The notes under the pieces were generated by a model. It saw only the letters and a program-made list of their open reading frames with translations, was not told the origin of the DNA and did not search any database. The translations under genes were made by a program, and so were the position numbers. From positions 64,001-128,000 of the forward strand of contig CAVVUN010000008.1 in assembly GCA_963751455.1 (NCBI GenBank): a stretch of 64,000 bases of DNA, read 5' to 3'. This DNA comes from Nitrospirota bacterium (GTDB lineage: Bacteria > Nitrospirota > UBA9217). Positions 49,980 through 60,155 of this stretch are shown piece by piece (positions within the stretch are counted from its first letter, which is position 1; the number at the start of each line of letters is the position of its first letter).

Positions 49980-50071
49980 GATGACGTGATCCGGCCGCGC
50001 CCCTGCTATTTATTCGGATATTCTGATTTTCATTCATGATAATGAATTCGCGTTTATCCTGAAAAAAGCAG

Positions 50072-50207
50072 TTGGACACGGATAAAATCTGATCAACACG
50101 GATTTATAGGAAGTTACGAACAGTAATGGATTCACCCAAAAGGCGAGATGGCTTTTTGCTCTATCACATTGTTTTGATCCGCTGTTTCCGTGTTCATCCG
50201 TGTTCAA
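50072..50207. repeat. intergenic palindrome, CACGGA subtype
   Basis: ttggacacggataaaatctgatcaacacggat ... atccgctgtttccgtgttcatccgtgttcaa. Confidence 0.82.
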
Positions 50208-50282
50208 ATGCCGTTTTTAGGTTTATTTTTTTTTGTCCCCATTCTCATATTTGCAAAAAATTTTATTTTGTAATTTTCAAAA

Positions 50283-50314
50283 AATCAATGAATTGGGATT
50301 GGCATATTTGATGC
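50283..50314 (+). promoter_or_regulatory. sigma54 promoter with adjacent IHF-like site
   Basis: AATCAATGAATTG (WATCAANNNNTTR) then TGGCAT-ATTTG-ATGC. Confidence 0.6.
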
Positions 50315-50349
50315 ATTTTTCAACGTAAGAGATATTAAAGGGAGACGCC

Positions 50350-50655
50350 ATGAGTACAATTTCAAGAAAAGCAGGGTATATAGGATCGGGCGCAGGGCTG
50401 GTGCTTTTCGCGGTTTTCGGCTTCATGCCCGGAAGCCTTTTAGGCGGTTCCATGGGAATCAGCCTGGCTGGTTTGCTTTTCGGCCTTCCACTTCACTCGG
50501 GACTCGTACCAAGAGTTATTGTACTGGCTTGCATGCTTGTGGGCATTCTGGTTGCCGGCATAGTGATAGTGACGGCTGCGTCCACGGGAGGCTGGCTTGT
50601 GGGGAAACTGCTGGAATCAACCGGCCATCAGAACGACAGCACGGCGGCACACTGA
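50350..50655 (+). CDS. small Gly-rich membrane protein
   Basis: SD GGGAG; two to three hydrophobic helices with GxxxG motifs. Confidence 0.7.
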   Translation: MSTISRKAGYIGSGAGLVLFAVFGFMPGSLLGGSMGISLAGLLFGLPLHSGLVPRVIVLACMLVGILVAGIVIVTAASTGGWLVGKLLESTGHQNDSTAAH

Positions 50656-50704
50656 TAGAAGTCATACCACGGGATACGACTGCGGAACAGGACTACGCAA
50701 AAGG

Positions 50705-51946
50705 TTAACACAAACTTGATTCTTTTACCGGGGGTTTTTGTTCAACAGGCTTCAAGCCCCTGGCCTTCGTATTGTGCAGGTGAGGAATTATCTGCAGTTC
50801 TTTTACTTCGCCCCTCATCTCTTTTGCCAGCAAATTGAAAAAGATGTTCGCGATCCTCTCATCGAACTGCGTACCCTTGCACTTCATCACTTCCTGAAAG
50901 GCCTCGTTCAATTCCAGTTTTTCCCGGTACGGCCGGTCAGTAGTCATGGCGTCAAATGCGTCAACGAGCGCCAGTATTTTTTCACCGTCGCTCAGTTCGG
51001 GCGCTGCAAGGGAGTCGGGATACCCCTTGCCGTCAGGGCGTTCATGATGGTGCAGCACAAAACGCTCGATGTTCTTCCAGGGAAAGCGTATCTTTGAGAG
51101 TATATTATACGATACGCGCGGATGTTTTTTTATTTCACTGATTTCGACGGCAGTGAGTTCCTCGCCTTTTTTTATTACTTTCGTGTCGATGATGATCTTC
51201 CCGATATCGTGAAGCAGGCCTGCCACGTAAATACCCTCCACGTCCTTCTTCTTCCAGCCGAGTTCACGCGCGATCGCGACCGCATAACAGGCGACGCGGT
51301 ATGAATGATCTTTGGTATACCCGTCCTTTGCGTCGATGGCCGCTGAGAAAGCCTGGATCGTGTCGTGGTAAATCCGCCGCATGCTCTCGTAGAGTCTCTT
51401 GTTTTCCGCTGCCTTCTTGTTGATTTCGGAAAACAGTTTGGCATTATAAAGAGTAATGGCCATCTGGTGCGCTATGACACGAAGAATCTCCCTGTCGCTT
51501 TGACGATAGGATGCCCTGCCCAGTTTTTTCCCGAGCGTGAGGCTGCCCACGAATTCATCTTTAGCGAAAAGCGGGATAAAAATTTTTGTCTGTAATTTGG
51601 AAAATACCGCCCGGTTCCGGTTGAAAAAATCGCTCTCTGCTATTTCGTTCAGGGAATGCGGCTGGTTGATCAGGAATTTCTTTTTGTCCTGCACGGTCAC
51701 TTTCAGCACAATGTCCTGTTCAGCCTTGTCCTTATGGCCTTTATGGGTCAAAAGCTCGAGGCTCTTGCGCTGCTGATTATAGAGGAACAGGGCGGCCGTG
51801 GGAGCTGAAAACATGCCCGTAACCACGTACACCGCCGCCCTCATCTGCTCCGCCAGGTCCTTGGACGAAGTCGCTTCCTTTCCCAGATCGACCAGCGATG
51901 TCATGCTGAACATGAGCCGCTTGAGATGAACTTTATTATCCTTCAT
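50705..51946 (-). CDS. GAF + HD-GYP c-di-GMP phosphodiesterase
   Basis: HSYRV, LLHDIGK, HHERPDGKGYP, DAFDAMTTDRPYR. Confidence 0.92.
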   Translation of the reverse strand: MKDNKVHLKRLMFSMTSLVDLGKEATSSKDLAEQMRAAVYVVTGMFSAPTAALFLYNQQRKSLELLTHKGHKDKAEQDIVLKVTVQDKKKFLINQPHSLNEIAESDFFNRNRAVFSKLQTKIFIPLFAKDEFVGSLTLGKKLGRASYRQSDREILRVIAHQMAITLYNAKLFSEINKKAAENKRLYESMRRIYHDTIQAFSAAIDAKDGYTKDHSYRVACYAVAIARELGWKKKDVEGIYVAGLLHDIGKIIIDTKVIKKGEELTAVEISEIKKHPRVSYNILSKIRFPWKNIERFVLHHHERPDGKGYPDSLAAPELSDGEKILALVDAFDAMTTDRPYREKLELNEAFQEVMKCKGTQFDERIANIFFNLLAKEMRGEVKELQIIPHLHNTKARGLKPVEQKPPVKESSLC

Positions 51947-51947
51947 A

Positions 51948-52301
51948 TTACTCCCGCTCCTTTAAGTAGCTGAGGGCGTCCTCTTCATCTTTAAAAACCT
52001 TGACGTGTTCTATAAGGCCCACCATCTCAAAAACCTCCCGGTGGATTTTCTTCATGTTGGTAAAGCAAAGCAGTCCGTCATGGTCACGGGTCTTCTGGAT
52101 AATGCCGGTGAAAATAGAGACGCCGATCGTGTTGATGAACTGAACATCCGTAAAGTTTACGACGAGTTTTTTGAGGCCCTTCCCGAGGAACTGCTCGCTC
52201 GTCTGCTCCAGGCGTTCGGCCCCGAGGTCGTTGATATACCCTTTCGGCGTCATGACGGCTACTGTATCTTCTGACTTCATCGTTAAGGAAAAATTACTCA
52301 C
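51948..52301 (-). CDS. STAS-domain anti-sigma factor antagonist
   Basis: LVVNFTDVQFINTIGV, REVFEMVGL. Confidence 0.85.
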   Translation of the reverse strand: MSNFSLTMKSEDTVAVMTPKGYINDLGAERLEQTSEQFLGKGLKKLVVNFTDVQFINTIGVSIFTGIIQKTRDHDGLLCFTNMKKIHREVFEMVGLIEHVKVFKDEEDALSYLKERE

Positions 52302-53964
52302 GGTTTTCTGTACTCTCCTTTTGAGCTCCGGCTTTTTTCGCCGTGCTTTTGATAAGGACGGTTTTCGTTCCTCTTCTCGTCTTTTCGAACCTGACCTCGT
52401 CCACGAAGCGCTTCATTAATTTTATGCCCCAGCCCCTGCCAGGGGCTTTCGAAAGTTTTCTGCCTTCGAACGGCTCCCCTGTCTCCTGCACCACGAATTC
52501 CTGGCCTGAGCTTTCAACGGACACCTCGATGCGGTCAGAGCCCACCGCGAACACGACGTAGAGATTGCCGTCGGCGCCTCTGCCGTGTTCTGCGGCATTG
52601 ATGCACGCTTCGATGACCGCTATCTGCATTTGTCCAATGATATCGCGGTCCACATGCAGGTTTTTCCCTATCTGATCGAGACACTGCGCAGCCACCAGCT
52701 CAACTTCCTTGTTCATGGGAAGGGTCATCTCGAAGCGGGCTGCCCCCTCTTCTTCCGGAAAAATCCTGGTGAGCAGTTCCTGCTCGAGCACGTCCGCGTG
52801 AACTCCTTCTATCTCCTTACGGTAAAGAAAATCAATGACGTCCCGAAGAACATTGTTTTCGACCGGCCTGAACACCCCGAACTCACCCTTGATAACACCG
52901 GCCAGATACAGGCCGTATGGTATGGCTTCCGCCTGCCCGTCCGTCAGCCCGACGGTTTTCGCGAGCTGTTCGCCCGATAGAGCTTCCCTCGCATGAAATA
53001 TTCTATGGGCCGTAATAAGTGCGGATCTTCTCGAACCGAGCTGCGGGAAAAACCTTTTGAGAGTCGACGACCATCGATGCGAAAGGCTCCCGTCCGCAAT
53101 TTGGGCGCAGTATGCGTTCCGGTAATCCTGCTCGTTCGGGATCTCCTTCGCGCAGACATTTCTGACAACAGATGCCAGGTAAAGGGGATTGCCTGCAAGA
53201 TACCCGAGAAGGTCTGCGGGAAAAGCACCTTCCGCGTCCCGGACACCGAGAAGCGCGCGGACGTTCGAAGAGCAATCCTCGGGCTCGAGCGGCCGAAGCG
53301 ATATTCTCTCGAGAGCGGACGAAACCTGCATTTCGAATATCTCGCTGGCGTTTCCCGCAAGTATGTGCGGTGTTTTGCCGAACGACATCGGCGCTTCGAA
53401 AAGGCAGCCTGCGCGGGAACCGGGCTCGTCGCCCGCCAGGATCTCCCTCAGCAGGTGAAAGTCGTCGAGCAGCACCGCAACGGGCATCCCGGTCATGAGT
53501 GCGGATTGCTGCGGGGCGCAGACCGCGATGCGCAGAGCCGACACCGGATCTCCCGTGCTCTTTCGATACCGGTCGAGAATATCGCGTGCCCAGTCGGCCC
53601 CCCGTTCTTCTATGACCGCCGACACGGACTCTAGAGAAGCTCCGTCGAGAGAGAGGAGTGACTGCTCCTTGCGTTCAAAAGCGATTCGATGAGAAAGATA
53701 GCGGGCCAGATAGTCCCGGGAAAAAGCAAGCGGCGACGCCATGGCGGGATTTACCGCATAATAAAAAGGCACGATATGGTCCTGTTTCCAGAACAGATGG
53801 CAGAAGAGCTGTTTGAGCAATTCGGTCTTTCCGATGCCGGCCGGACCGGAAAGAACCGCGCTGGAAGAACGGCCATGGATCGCCTGCTGAATCCGGGAGA
53901 ACAGAACGGACAATTCTTCCGCTCTCCCAAAAAAATCGGACTCCTTGACGGTGCTGAATGACAT
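52294..53964 (-). CDS. P-loop (STAND/archaeal-ATPase-like) domain fused to RsbW-type anti-sigma kinase
   Basis: FFGRAEEL, GPAGIGKT, LLDDFH; C-terminal AVIEACINAAEHG, GRGWGIKLMKRFVDEV. Confidence 0.8.
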   Translation of the reverse strand: MSFSTVKESDFFGRAEELSVLFSRIQQAIHGRSSSAVLSGPAGIGKTELLKQLFCHLFWKQDHIVPFYYAVNPAMASPLAFSRDYLARYLSHRIAFERKEQSLLSLDGASLESVSAVIEERGADWARDILDRYRKSTGDPVSALRIAVCAPQQSALMTGMPVAVLLDDFHLLREILAGDEPGSRAGCLFEAPMSFGKTPHILAGNASEIFEMQVSSALERISLRPLEPEDCSSNVRALLGVRDAEGAFPADLLGYLAGNPLYLASVVRNVCAKEIPNEQDYRNAYCAQIADGSLSHRWSSTLKRFFPQLGSRRSALITAHRIFHAREALSGEQLAKTVGLTDGQAEAIPYGLYLAGVIKGEFGVFRPVENNVLRDVIDFLYRKEIEGVHADVLEQELLTRIFPEEEGAARFEMTLPMNKEVELVAAQCLDQIGKNLHVDRDIIGQMQIAVIEACINAAEHGRGADGNLYVVFAVGSDRIEVSVESSGQEFVVQETGEPFEGRKLSKAPGRGWGIKLMKRFVDEVRFEKTRRGTKTVLIKSTAKKAGAQKESTENRE

Positions 53965-53965
53965 G

Positions 53966-55984
53966 CTACGAAAACACCTCTACCCTGTTTTTCCCCTTGT
54001 TTTTGGCCCGGTACAGCGCCTTGTCCGCATTCTCAAGCAGCAGCTCAAGCGTTTCACCATGCTGCGGATAGCATACGATTCCGATACTGGTAGAGAGGGC
54101 GCAGTGTGCAGACGCCGACGACTCCCGGGACAGCACCACTTTCTCCTGGACACTGCTCCTTACTCGTTCAGCGATATCCGAAGCTGTTACCTGGCCGGTT
54201 TCGGGCAGGATGATCATGAATTCATCCCCGCCGTAACGGGCAACCACATCCATGGACCGTACCGCGTTCAAGAGAGCTTCCGCTACAACAATGAGCGTCT
54301 GGTCGCCGAAAAGATGGCCGCGCGTATCATTGCAGTATTTGAAGCCGTCAAGATCGACCATAAGCAGACACATCTCGTGGTTGTGCCGTTTCGACCGGGC
54401 CAGCTCGTCTTTCAACCGCTCGTAAAGATACCTGCGGTTGAGAAGGCCGGTAAGCGGATCGGTTATGGTCAGTTTCTTGAGTTCCTCGTTTTTGTTATAA
54501 AATCCGTTTCGTTCCATGACGATCGCAGCCTGGGTGGCGATCGACTGGATCAGCGTGAGATCTTCTTCCGTGAACGCCTCACCGTCATCCTTGTCCGCAA
54601 GGTTCAGCACCCCGATTGTGCGGTCTTTGATCTTGAGCGGCACGCTCACAAACGACCGGGTCTTGTACTGCTTCCTGTTTTTTTGCCTGGTTCTCGGGTC
54701 GTTCTCGACGTTCGTGACGAGCAGGGGTTCGCCCAGCTCCGCGACTTTCCCCGCGATTCCCTCCCCGCGGTTGATCCTCCATTCTCTGGATACGCTGTCG
54801 GCTATTCCCTTCTTTGCTTTAATCAGCAGAACGTCGGTTTCACGGTCGAACACCATAAGCGACGCCTGCTCCGCCTTGAGCAGTTCCGCGGACTTGTCCA
54901 GAATAATGGTAAGCAGCTCCTTGTCGTTCTGGATGCCTGTTATCGCCTTGGTAAGATCGGATATCGCTGCAAACCGGTTCAGTTTATCGGACAGATCATG
55001 ATGGAGTCGATGGTTTTCTATTGAAAGGGCGGTCTGCCTGCAAAACCGTGTGATGATATCGGCGTCGCTTTCCTTCAGTACACGGTCCTCGATCCGCACA
55101 ATGGCATCGATTTTGTTATTTACCATGATGGGGAAAAAATATAATGCTCCCATTCCAACCAGGAAATCCGCTCCGGGGTCGGTAACCGGTTCGGCGGAAA
55201 GCACGAATGGTTTTCCTTCATACAGTTCGCGCACGATCTCGTCGTTACTGCTGATTCTCAGCATCTCCGTCTGCCTTCCATGCTTGGAAAGCGCGTACCG
55301 GCTCGCATAGACGCCCTGCTCCCGGTCGAACGTAAGGACGGCAACCCCTTCAATGTCAAGCAATGTCGAGATTTTACTGATAGTGTCACGGTACACAATG
55401 TCAGGCTGCTCATCGGTCCCGGTCCTGCCCGTACTGAAGACGCTTTTCAGGCTTTCAAACTTTCTCCTCAGCGTAACCGCTTCCTGGGTGTTTTTCAAAA
55501 GACGGTTGACGGATTGCGCTACGAAATCCCGGATTTTCCATGCATTGCGCGGATCGGTGAAAGCAAGCGGCATCCGCAGCAAGGCGGGATCTCCATCGAG
55601 TGAACTGATCCGGCTCATGCAATCGCGAAAATCGTCATACGATGCGAACGATCCACGGCCGAAAATCACCGCTTTTTCGCCCATATAGTTTATAGGGAGG
55701 GTAAAACAAACGATCTTTACGTGGCATTTGAAGAGGCTGGGCTTGCCTGAAGCGATAGTCCTCTTTATGATCGGTCGGCAGTAGTTTTCGCAATGAACTT
55801 CCAATTGCGAAGAGACGGAACGAAAAAGCCTGCACAGCGGTTCGGCTCCTTCGGGTACAAACACCTCGTTTCCGGCGGCATCACAGATAGTGAGACTAAA
55901 GCCCATGGCATCGTAAAGCGTTTCGAAAAGGTCTTGCCATTTCTCGCTCGTGAACAAATCCTTGAGGTTCTCTCTGGTGTTCAC
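53966..55984 (-). CDS. PocR-GAF-GAF-GGDEF diguanylate cyclase
   Basis: N-terminal LC..F...C...C...FKCH (PocR-like); TDPLTGL, RSMD I-site, RYGGDEF. Confidence 0.9.
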   Translation of the reverse strand: MNTRENLKDLFTSEKWQDLFETLYDAMGFSLTICDAAGNEVFVPEGAEPLCRLFRSVSSQLEVHCENYCRPIIKRTIASGKPSLFKCHVKIVCFTLPINYMGEKAVIFGRGSFASYDDFRDCMSRISSLDGDPALLRMPLAFTDPRNAWKIRDFVAQSVNRLLKNTQEAVTLRRKFESLKSVFSTGRTGTDEQPDIVYRDTISKISTLLDIEGVAVLTFDREQGVYASRYALSKHGRQTEMLRISSNDEIVRELYEGKPFVLSAEPVTDPGADFLVGMGALYFFPIMVNNKIDAIVRIEDRVLKESDADIITRFCRQTALSIENHRLHHDLSDKLNRFAAISDLTKAITGIQNDKELLTIILDKSAELLKAEQASLMVFDRETDVLLIKAKKGIADSVSREWRINRGEGIAGKVAELGEPLLVTNVENDPRTRQKNRKQYKTRSFVSVPLKIKDRTIGVLNLADKDDGEAFTEEDLTLIQSIATQAAIVMERNGFYNKNEELKKLTITDPLTGLLNRRYLYERLKDELARSKRHNHEMCLLMVDLDGFKYCNDTRGHLFGDQTLIVVAEALLNAVRSMDVVARYGGDEFMIILPETGQVTASDIAERVRSSVQEKVVLSRESSASAHCALSTSIGIVCYPQHGETLELLLENADKALYRAKNKGKNRVEVFS

Positions 55985-56381
55985 CTTACACTATGCCTCC
56001 GGAGGGATCGTAAAAAATTTTGTAAAACGGGTATTGCCGGACTGAAAAATCTGGTTCTGAAAAAAAATGAAAGAAAAAAATCTCAAATAACGATCTTGGG
56101 GGCGCATCTGAACGCCCGTCTACAAGCAATATCTGAATGCGGACATGCCGCCTATTTCTTTTCTTTAAGAGGAGTGAACGGATGGGTATTCGAAAAAAGA
56201 AATTAACACAAGCAGGACCGGCCGTCAAGATATTTTGTCTTTGTCGGTGCGGAAACAGCGGTTTTGGCGTGAGAAGTGCAATTTATTGATTGAAACTGAT
56301 AAGGAGCGATAATTTTCGCACGGCGCGATCGCGGAGCGTGCCGCAGAAATCCCGGAAGCCCGGGACCTCTCCCTTCGTTCG

Positions 56382-56455
56382 CTGGCAGGCTGTTGCTTTA
56401 TCCGTTCAGGTTGAGCGTGCGAACCACTCAAAACACTTTTTCAACAGCCTGTTAG
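56382..56455. repeat. short inverted-repeat (MITE-like) element
   Basis: ctggcaggctgttg ... caacagcctgttag. Confidence 0.55.
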
Positions 56456-57321
56456 GATCGCTCGGAAGCATTCCGGTTTTTCTGAAGTTTTCCGCTGGGC
56501 GAGAGGCTTTTCGTATCGGAATTGACAGGACCTGAATCAACGATGCCGAGCTTCCACGTATAGACGTTCCCGCACATGGAGCAGGATACCCCGGAAAGCG
56601 CTTCCCCGCAGCCGGGGCAATAGATGACATAGCGGGGCGAGAGAAAATTCTTATGGGGCGCGAAGGGTATCGGCCGGTCGCAGCATTTGAATTCCGAGGT
56701 AAGATCGGCGCCGCAGATACAGCGTTGGTTCGACGGCCAGGGAGACATGTCCTCCAGTTTATAGATCGCCTGCCCGAGAAGTTCGACCAGTTCATCATTG
56801 CTTGCGTCCCCGAAAAATGATTCAGTCAGCTTCTCGCGTATGTCGATCATGAGCGGATCTTCCTTCAGGAACTGAAGGATTTTCCGGAGCCGCTGCTCTC
56901 CCGTGCCGATCCTTGAAAGGGCCTGCAGGTTTTTATTCACCTTATAGTGCTCCTGCAGATAAATGAGCATCCATATCTGCGTCATGTCGTAGAAAAATTC
57001 AAGCACCGGATAGTAGCCGTACTTTTCCCTGATACCCTGTTCTACCTCGCCGCGCTTTTCAGGTATACGCGGAAATACGGCAACGAGAAGCCCTTCTTCA
57101 AAATCTTCATAGAGAAACGGAGACCCGGAGAAATGCGTGCATCCGCAGGAGGTGCATTCCAGGATATTAAACTCCCATTTGAGGAGCGCGCGCTTTACCT
57201 GCGGAGCGCGGGACACGTCGACCCAGGTCACGATTTTTGCCTGGAAGTCCCTTTCGCAGTGTCCGCACTGAAAGGTCTCGACGCTGTAGGCTTCAGCCTG
57301 GTTGTTCTTCAGGTTTACCAT
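56452..57321 (-). CDS. CpXC-type multi-zinc-ribbon protein
   Basis: CGHC, CTSC near the N-terminus; CIC, CC, CPGC, CSMC near the C-terminus. Confidence 0.7.
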   Translation of the reverse strand: MVNLKNNQAEAYSVETFQCGHCERDFQAKIVTWVDVSRAPQVKRALLKWEFNILECTSCGCTHFSGSPFLYEDFEEGLLVAVFPRIPEKRGEVEQGIREKYGYYPVLEFFYDMTQIWMLIYLQEHYKVNKNLQALSRIGTGEQRLRKILQFLKEDPLMIDIREKLTESFFGDASNDELVELLGQAIYKLEDMSPWPSNQRCICGADLTSEFKCCDRPIPFAPHKNFLSPRYVIYCPGCGEALSGVSCSMCGNVYTWKLGIVDSGPVNSDTKSLSPSGKLQKNRNASERS

Positions 57322-57439
57322 GCTTTATTATACACTATTTTTTGAAACATACTTTGAAAAATAATTTGCATTTATGGTAATATGTTTCGCGATTATATAC
57401 CAGTGTTTCATCGTTTTACTTTCGGGAAAGGAGTAATCA

Positions 57440-59698
57440 ATGCCGACCAAAGAGGATAAGTTTTTAACGACCGCGCTCCATTCCGAGGTCGAAAGCCGCT
57501 TCCTTACGTACGCGCTTTCAACGATCGTCTCCCGCTCGCTGCCTGACGTGCGGGACGGACTGAAGCCGGTCCACCGCAGGATACTCTACGCAATGTGGGA
57601 GATGGGGCTCGGTCCCACCGCAAAATTCAGAAAAAGCGCTGCGGTGGTCGGCGAGGTCCTCGGCAAATTTCATCCTCACGGCGACCAGGCGGCCTACGAT
57701 GCGATGGTCCGCATGGCGCAGCATTTTTCCCTGAGGTATCCGCTGGTCGAGGGTTCAGGCAATTTCGGCAGTCTCGATGGAGACCCGGCCGCGGCCATGC
57801 GCTACACCGAGGCGCGACTCTCGAAGATCGCTGAAGAGCTGTTGTTTGAAATTGACAGGGACACCGTTGCGTTCCGGCCCAACTATGACAACTCCCTGAA
57901 GGAACCGGTCGTCCTGCCTGCTCGCTTTCCCCAGCTGCTCGTGAACGGCACTTCCGGCATTGCGGTCGGAATGAGTTGTTCCTTTCCGCCGCATAATATC
58001 GGCGAGGTCGTCGACGCGCTCGCAGCCTTGATCGACAATTCAAACATTGAGGTAAAGGAGCTTCTGAAATTCCTCAAAGGACCGGACTTCCCGACCGGAG
58101 GCCAGATTCTCAACTCCAAAAAGGAGCTCAGGGAAATTTACCAGGCCGGGTCGGGCTCGATAAGGATACGCGGCGAATATACGCTGGAGGACCTGCCGCG
58201 CGGCAGACAGGCAATCGTATTCAGCACGATCCCCTATATGGTGAACAAGGCAAAACTCCTGGAAAAGCTGATCGGCCTTCTCGAAGAGAAAAAGTTGCCT
58301 CAGGTTTCCGCAATCCGGGATGAATCCACCGATATAGTCCGGGTGGTGCTGGAGCTCAAAGCCGAGACAAACGCCGAGCTCGTCACTGCATACCTCTTTA
58401 AGCACACCGACCTCGAATCCAATTTCCCCATGAACTTCACGGCGCTCAAGCCGAACATGGAGCCGGAGCGCCTCTCGCTCAAGGACCTGATGAGGTATTT
58501 CCTCGACTTCAGACGCGAGGTTGTGGTCAAGAGGCTCAATTTCGATTTGCGGATCTTAAAGGCACGGCTCCATATACTGAAGGCATTCGAGGTTCTGTAT
58601 AATGACCTCGATACGGCGATCAAGATCATCCGCAAGGCGCAGTCCCGGGAAGACGCGTCCGTAAAACTCAAGAAACACTTCAAACTCGACGATGAACAGG
58701 TCAGGGCCATCCTCGAGATACAGCTCTATAAACTCGTCGGTCTTGAAATCGACCGCATACTTAAGGAAAAGGCGGAAAAAACAAAGCTTAAAAAAGATAT
58801 CGAAACGATCCTCGCAAGCGAGAAAAAGATCTGGGCGCTGATCCGGACGGAGCTCCTCGAAATCAAGGAAAACTACGGTGACAAACGGAAGTCCGTGATG
58901 AAGGCAGCCGAAGACGTCGAGTTCACACAGGAAGATTTTATCGTCCATGAGGATGTTACCGTCATCCTGACAAAAATGGGATGGATCAGGCGGGTGAAGA
59001 CCGTCGGAGAGAACCTGCGGTTCAAAGAAGGCGACGAGCTGCTCGCGCTGCTGCCTGCCAATACCAGGGACAATATCGCCGTCTTCTCCTCCGCCGGCAA
59101 GGTCTATGTTATGAAGGCCCATGATGTGCCGTCCAGCTCCGGTTTCGGCGAACCCGTCCAGCACCTGTTCAAGTTCGGGGACGGCGAGCGGCCGATCACG
59201 ACGATGAACTTGTCAACGGTAATGGCCGGGCCACGATCAGACGGGGACCAGGTAAAACAGGCCGAACTCGCGCTTGCCCCCCGAGAGGTAACGACAATAA
59301 CCGTTTCCGCAAAAGGCGTGGGATTCAAATTCGACCTCGGACAGTTCAATTCGGTAACAACCAGAGCGGGAAAGAAGTTTGCCGGAGTCAAAGCCGGTGA
59401 CTCGATCATGGGCGTGGACGTTCTCGACCTGCCGAACGTGTTGTTCATTACGACCGAGGGCAAGGCGGTGGTCGTCGCGTCCAAAGAGATACCTCTCCTG
59501 ACCGGCGCCGGCAAGGGCGTAAAACTGGTCAATGTGAAAAACGGCGAAGTCGCCCTGTTCAGGGCAGTGCGGAAAAACGAACAGGTGAAGGTCATCGACG
59601 ACAAGGGCAAAGAGAAGGTGATCGACCTCAAGAACTACGGCGTCATGACCCGCGGATCGGTCGGGCTGAAGGCGGTTAAGGCGGTCAAATTCGTGTAA
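57440..59698 (+). CDS. parC: type IIA topoisomerase A subunit, ParC-like
   Basis: [26 protein letters not shown] catalytic Tyr; short CTD, no GyrA-box seen. Confidence 0.75.
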   Translation: MPTKEDKFLTTALHSEVESRFLTYALSTIVSRSLPDVRDGLKPVHRRILYAMWEMGLGPTAKFRKSAAVVGEVLGKFHPHGDQAAYDAMVRMAQHFSLRYPLVEGSGNFGSLDGDPAAAMRYTEARLSKIAEELLFEIDRDTVAFRPNYDNSLKEPVVLPARFPQLLVNGTSGIAVGMSCSFPPHNIGEVVDALAALIDNSNIEVKELLKFLKGPDFPTGGQILNSKKELREIYQAGSGSIRIRGEYTLEDLPRGRQAIVFSTIPYMVNKAKLLEKLIGLLEEKKLPQVSAIRDESTDIVRVVLELKAETNAELVTAYLFKHTDLESNFPMNFTALKPNMEPERLSLKDLMRYFLDFRREVVVKRLNFDLRILKARLHILKAFEVLYNDLDTAIKIIRKAQSREDASVKLKKHFKLDDEQVRAILEIQLYKLVGLEIDRILKEKAEKTKLKKDIETILASEKKIWALIRTELLEIKENYGDKRKSVMKAAEDVEFTQEDFIVHEDVTVILTKMGWIRRVKTVGENLRFKEGDELLALLPANTRDNIAVFSSAGKVYVMKAHDVPSSSGFGEPVQHLFKFGDGERPITTMNLSTVMAGPRSDGDQVKQAELALAPREVTTITVSAKGVGFKFDLGQFNSVTTRAGKKFAGVKAGDSIMGVDVLDLPNVLFITTEGKAVVVASKEIPLLTGAGKGVKLVNVKNGEVALFRAVRKNEQVKVIDDKGKEKVIDLKNYGVMTRGSVGLKAVKAVKFV

Positions 59699-59784
59699 AT
59701 AAACCCAATACGACCACGAAGGCATGGCCTGTATTCAAGCCAGGCACTGCTTAGACCCTTTGCCGACCATCGCACCGAGAACGC

Positions 59785-59824
59785 CCTGCACTCGCGCTAC
59801 GCACTCGTATGCGCTGGGTGCAAG
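59785..59824 (-). repeat. 40-bp CCTGC...GCAGG mini-element, copy 3
   Basis: Reverse-complement match to 34395-34434. Confidence 0.82.
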
Positions 59825-60038
59825 TCGTGCGACGGGAATCAAGGGGCTCATAATCACCGGCCACAGGCGTAGGCATGAAAAATCGAATGTCAGTGTTTGA
59901 TTCAGCCGTTTTTGGTACTGATTCGCTTAGTGACTCCGTTCTCCGTCGTGAATTGTTTTGTGGCTCCGGCTGCCTCAGTGGTAAATGGTTTTTGGGTCTT
60001 AAATATTCCTCCGTGAACTCTGTGGTTATTTTTTTTTG

Positions 60039-60105
60039 ACAACTGCGGAAACTGCATGTGTGTGTACCTTGGCTTCGCTTTCTCTCTGTGTCTCCGTGGT
60101 GAATT
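60039..60105 (+). repeat. dispersed ~70-bp repeat, also at 63091-63163
   Basis: acaact.c.gaaact...tgtgtacctt...ct.tgtgtctccgtggtgaatt shared. Confidence 0.75.
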
Positions 60106-60155
60106 ATTTGACTGTTTTTTCAGTACACCCTAAGGTATAATTACCAGAGATTACT

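Noticed and set aside
29527-55024. Long antisense ORFs (e.g. 29527-30765, 34312-35250, 53945-55024)
   Set aside because: Shadows of well-supported genes on the opposite strand, with no motifs of their own.
57440-59698. gyrA
   Set aside because: No GyrA-box and a short CTD; ParC-like preferred.
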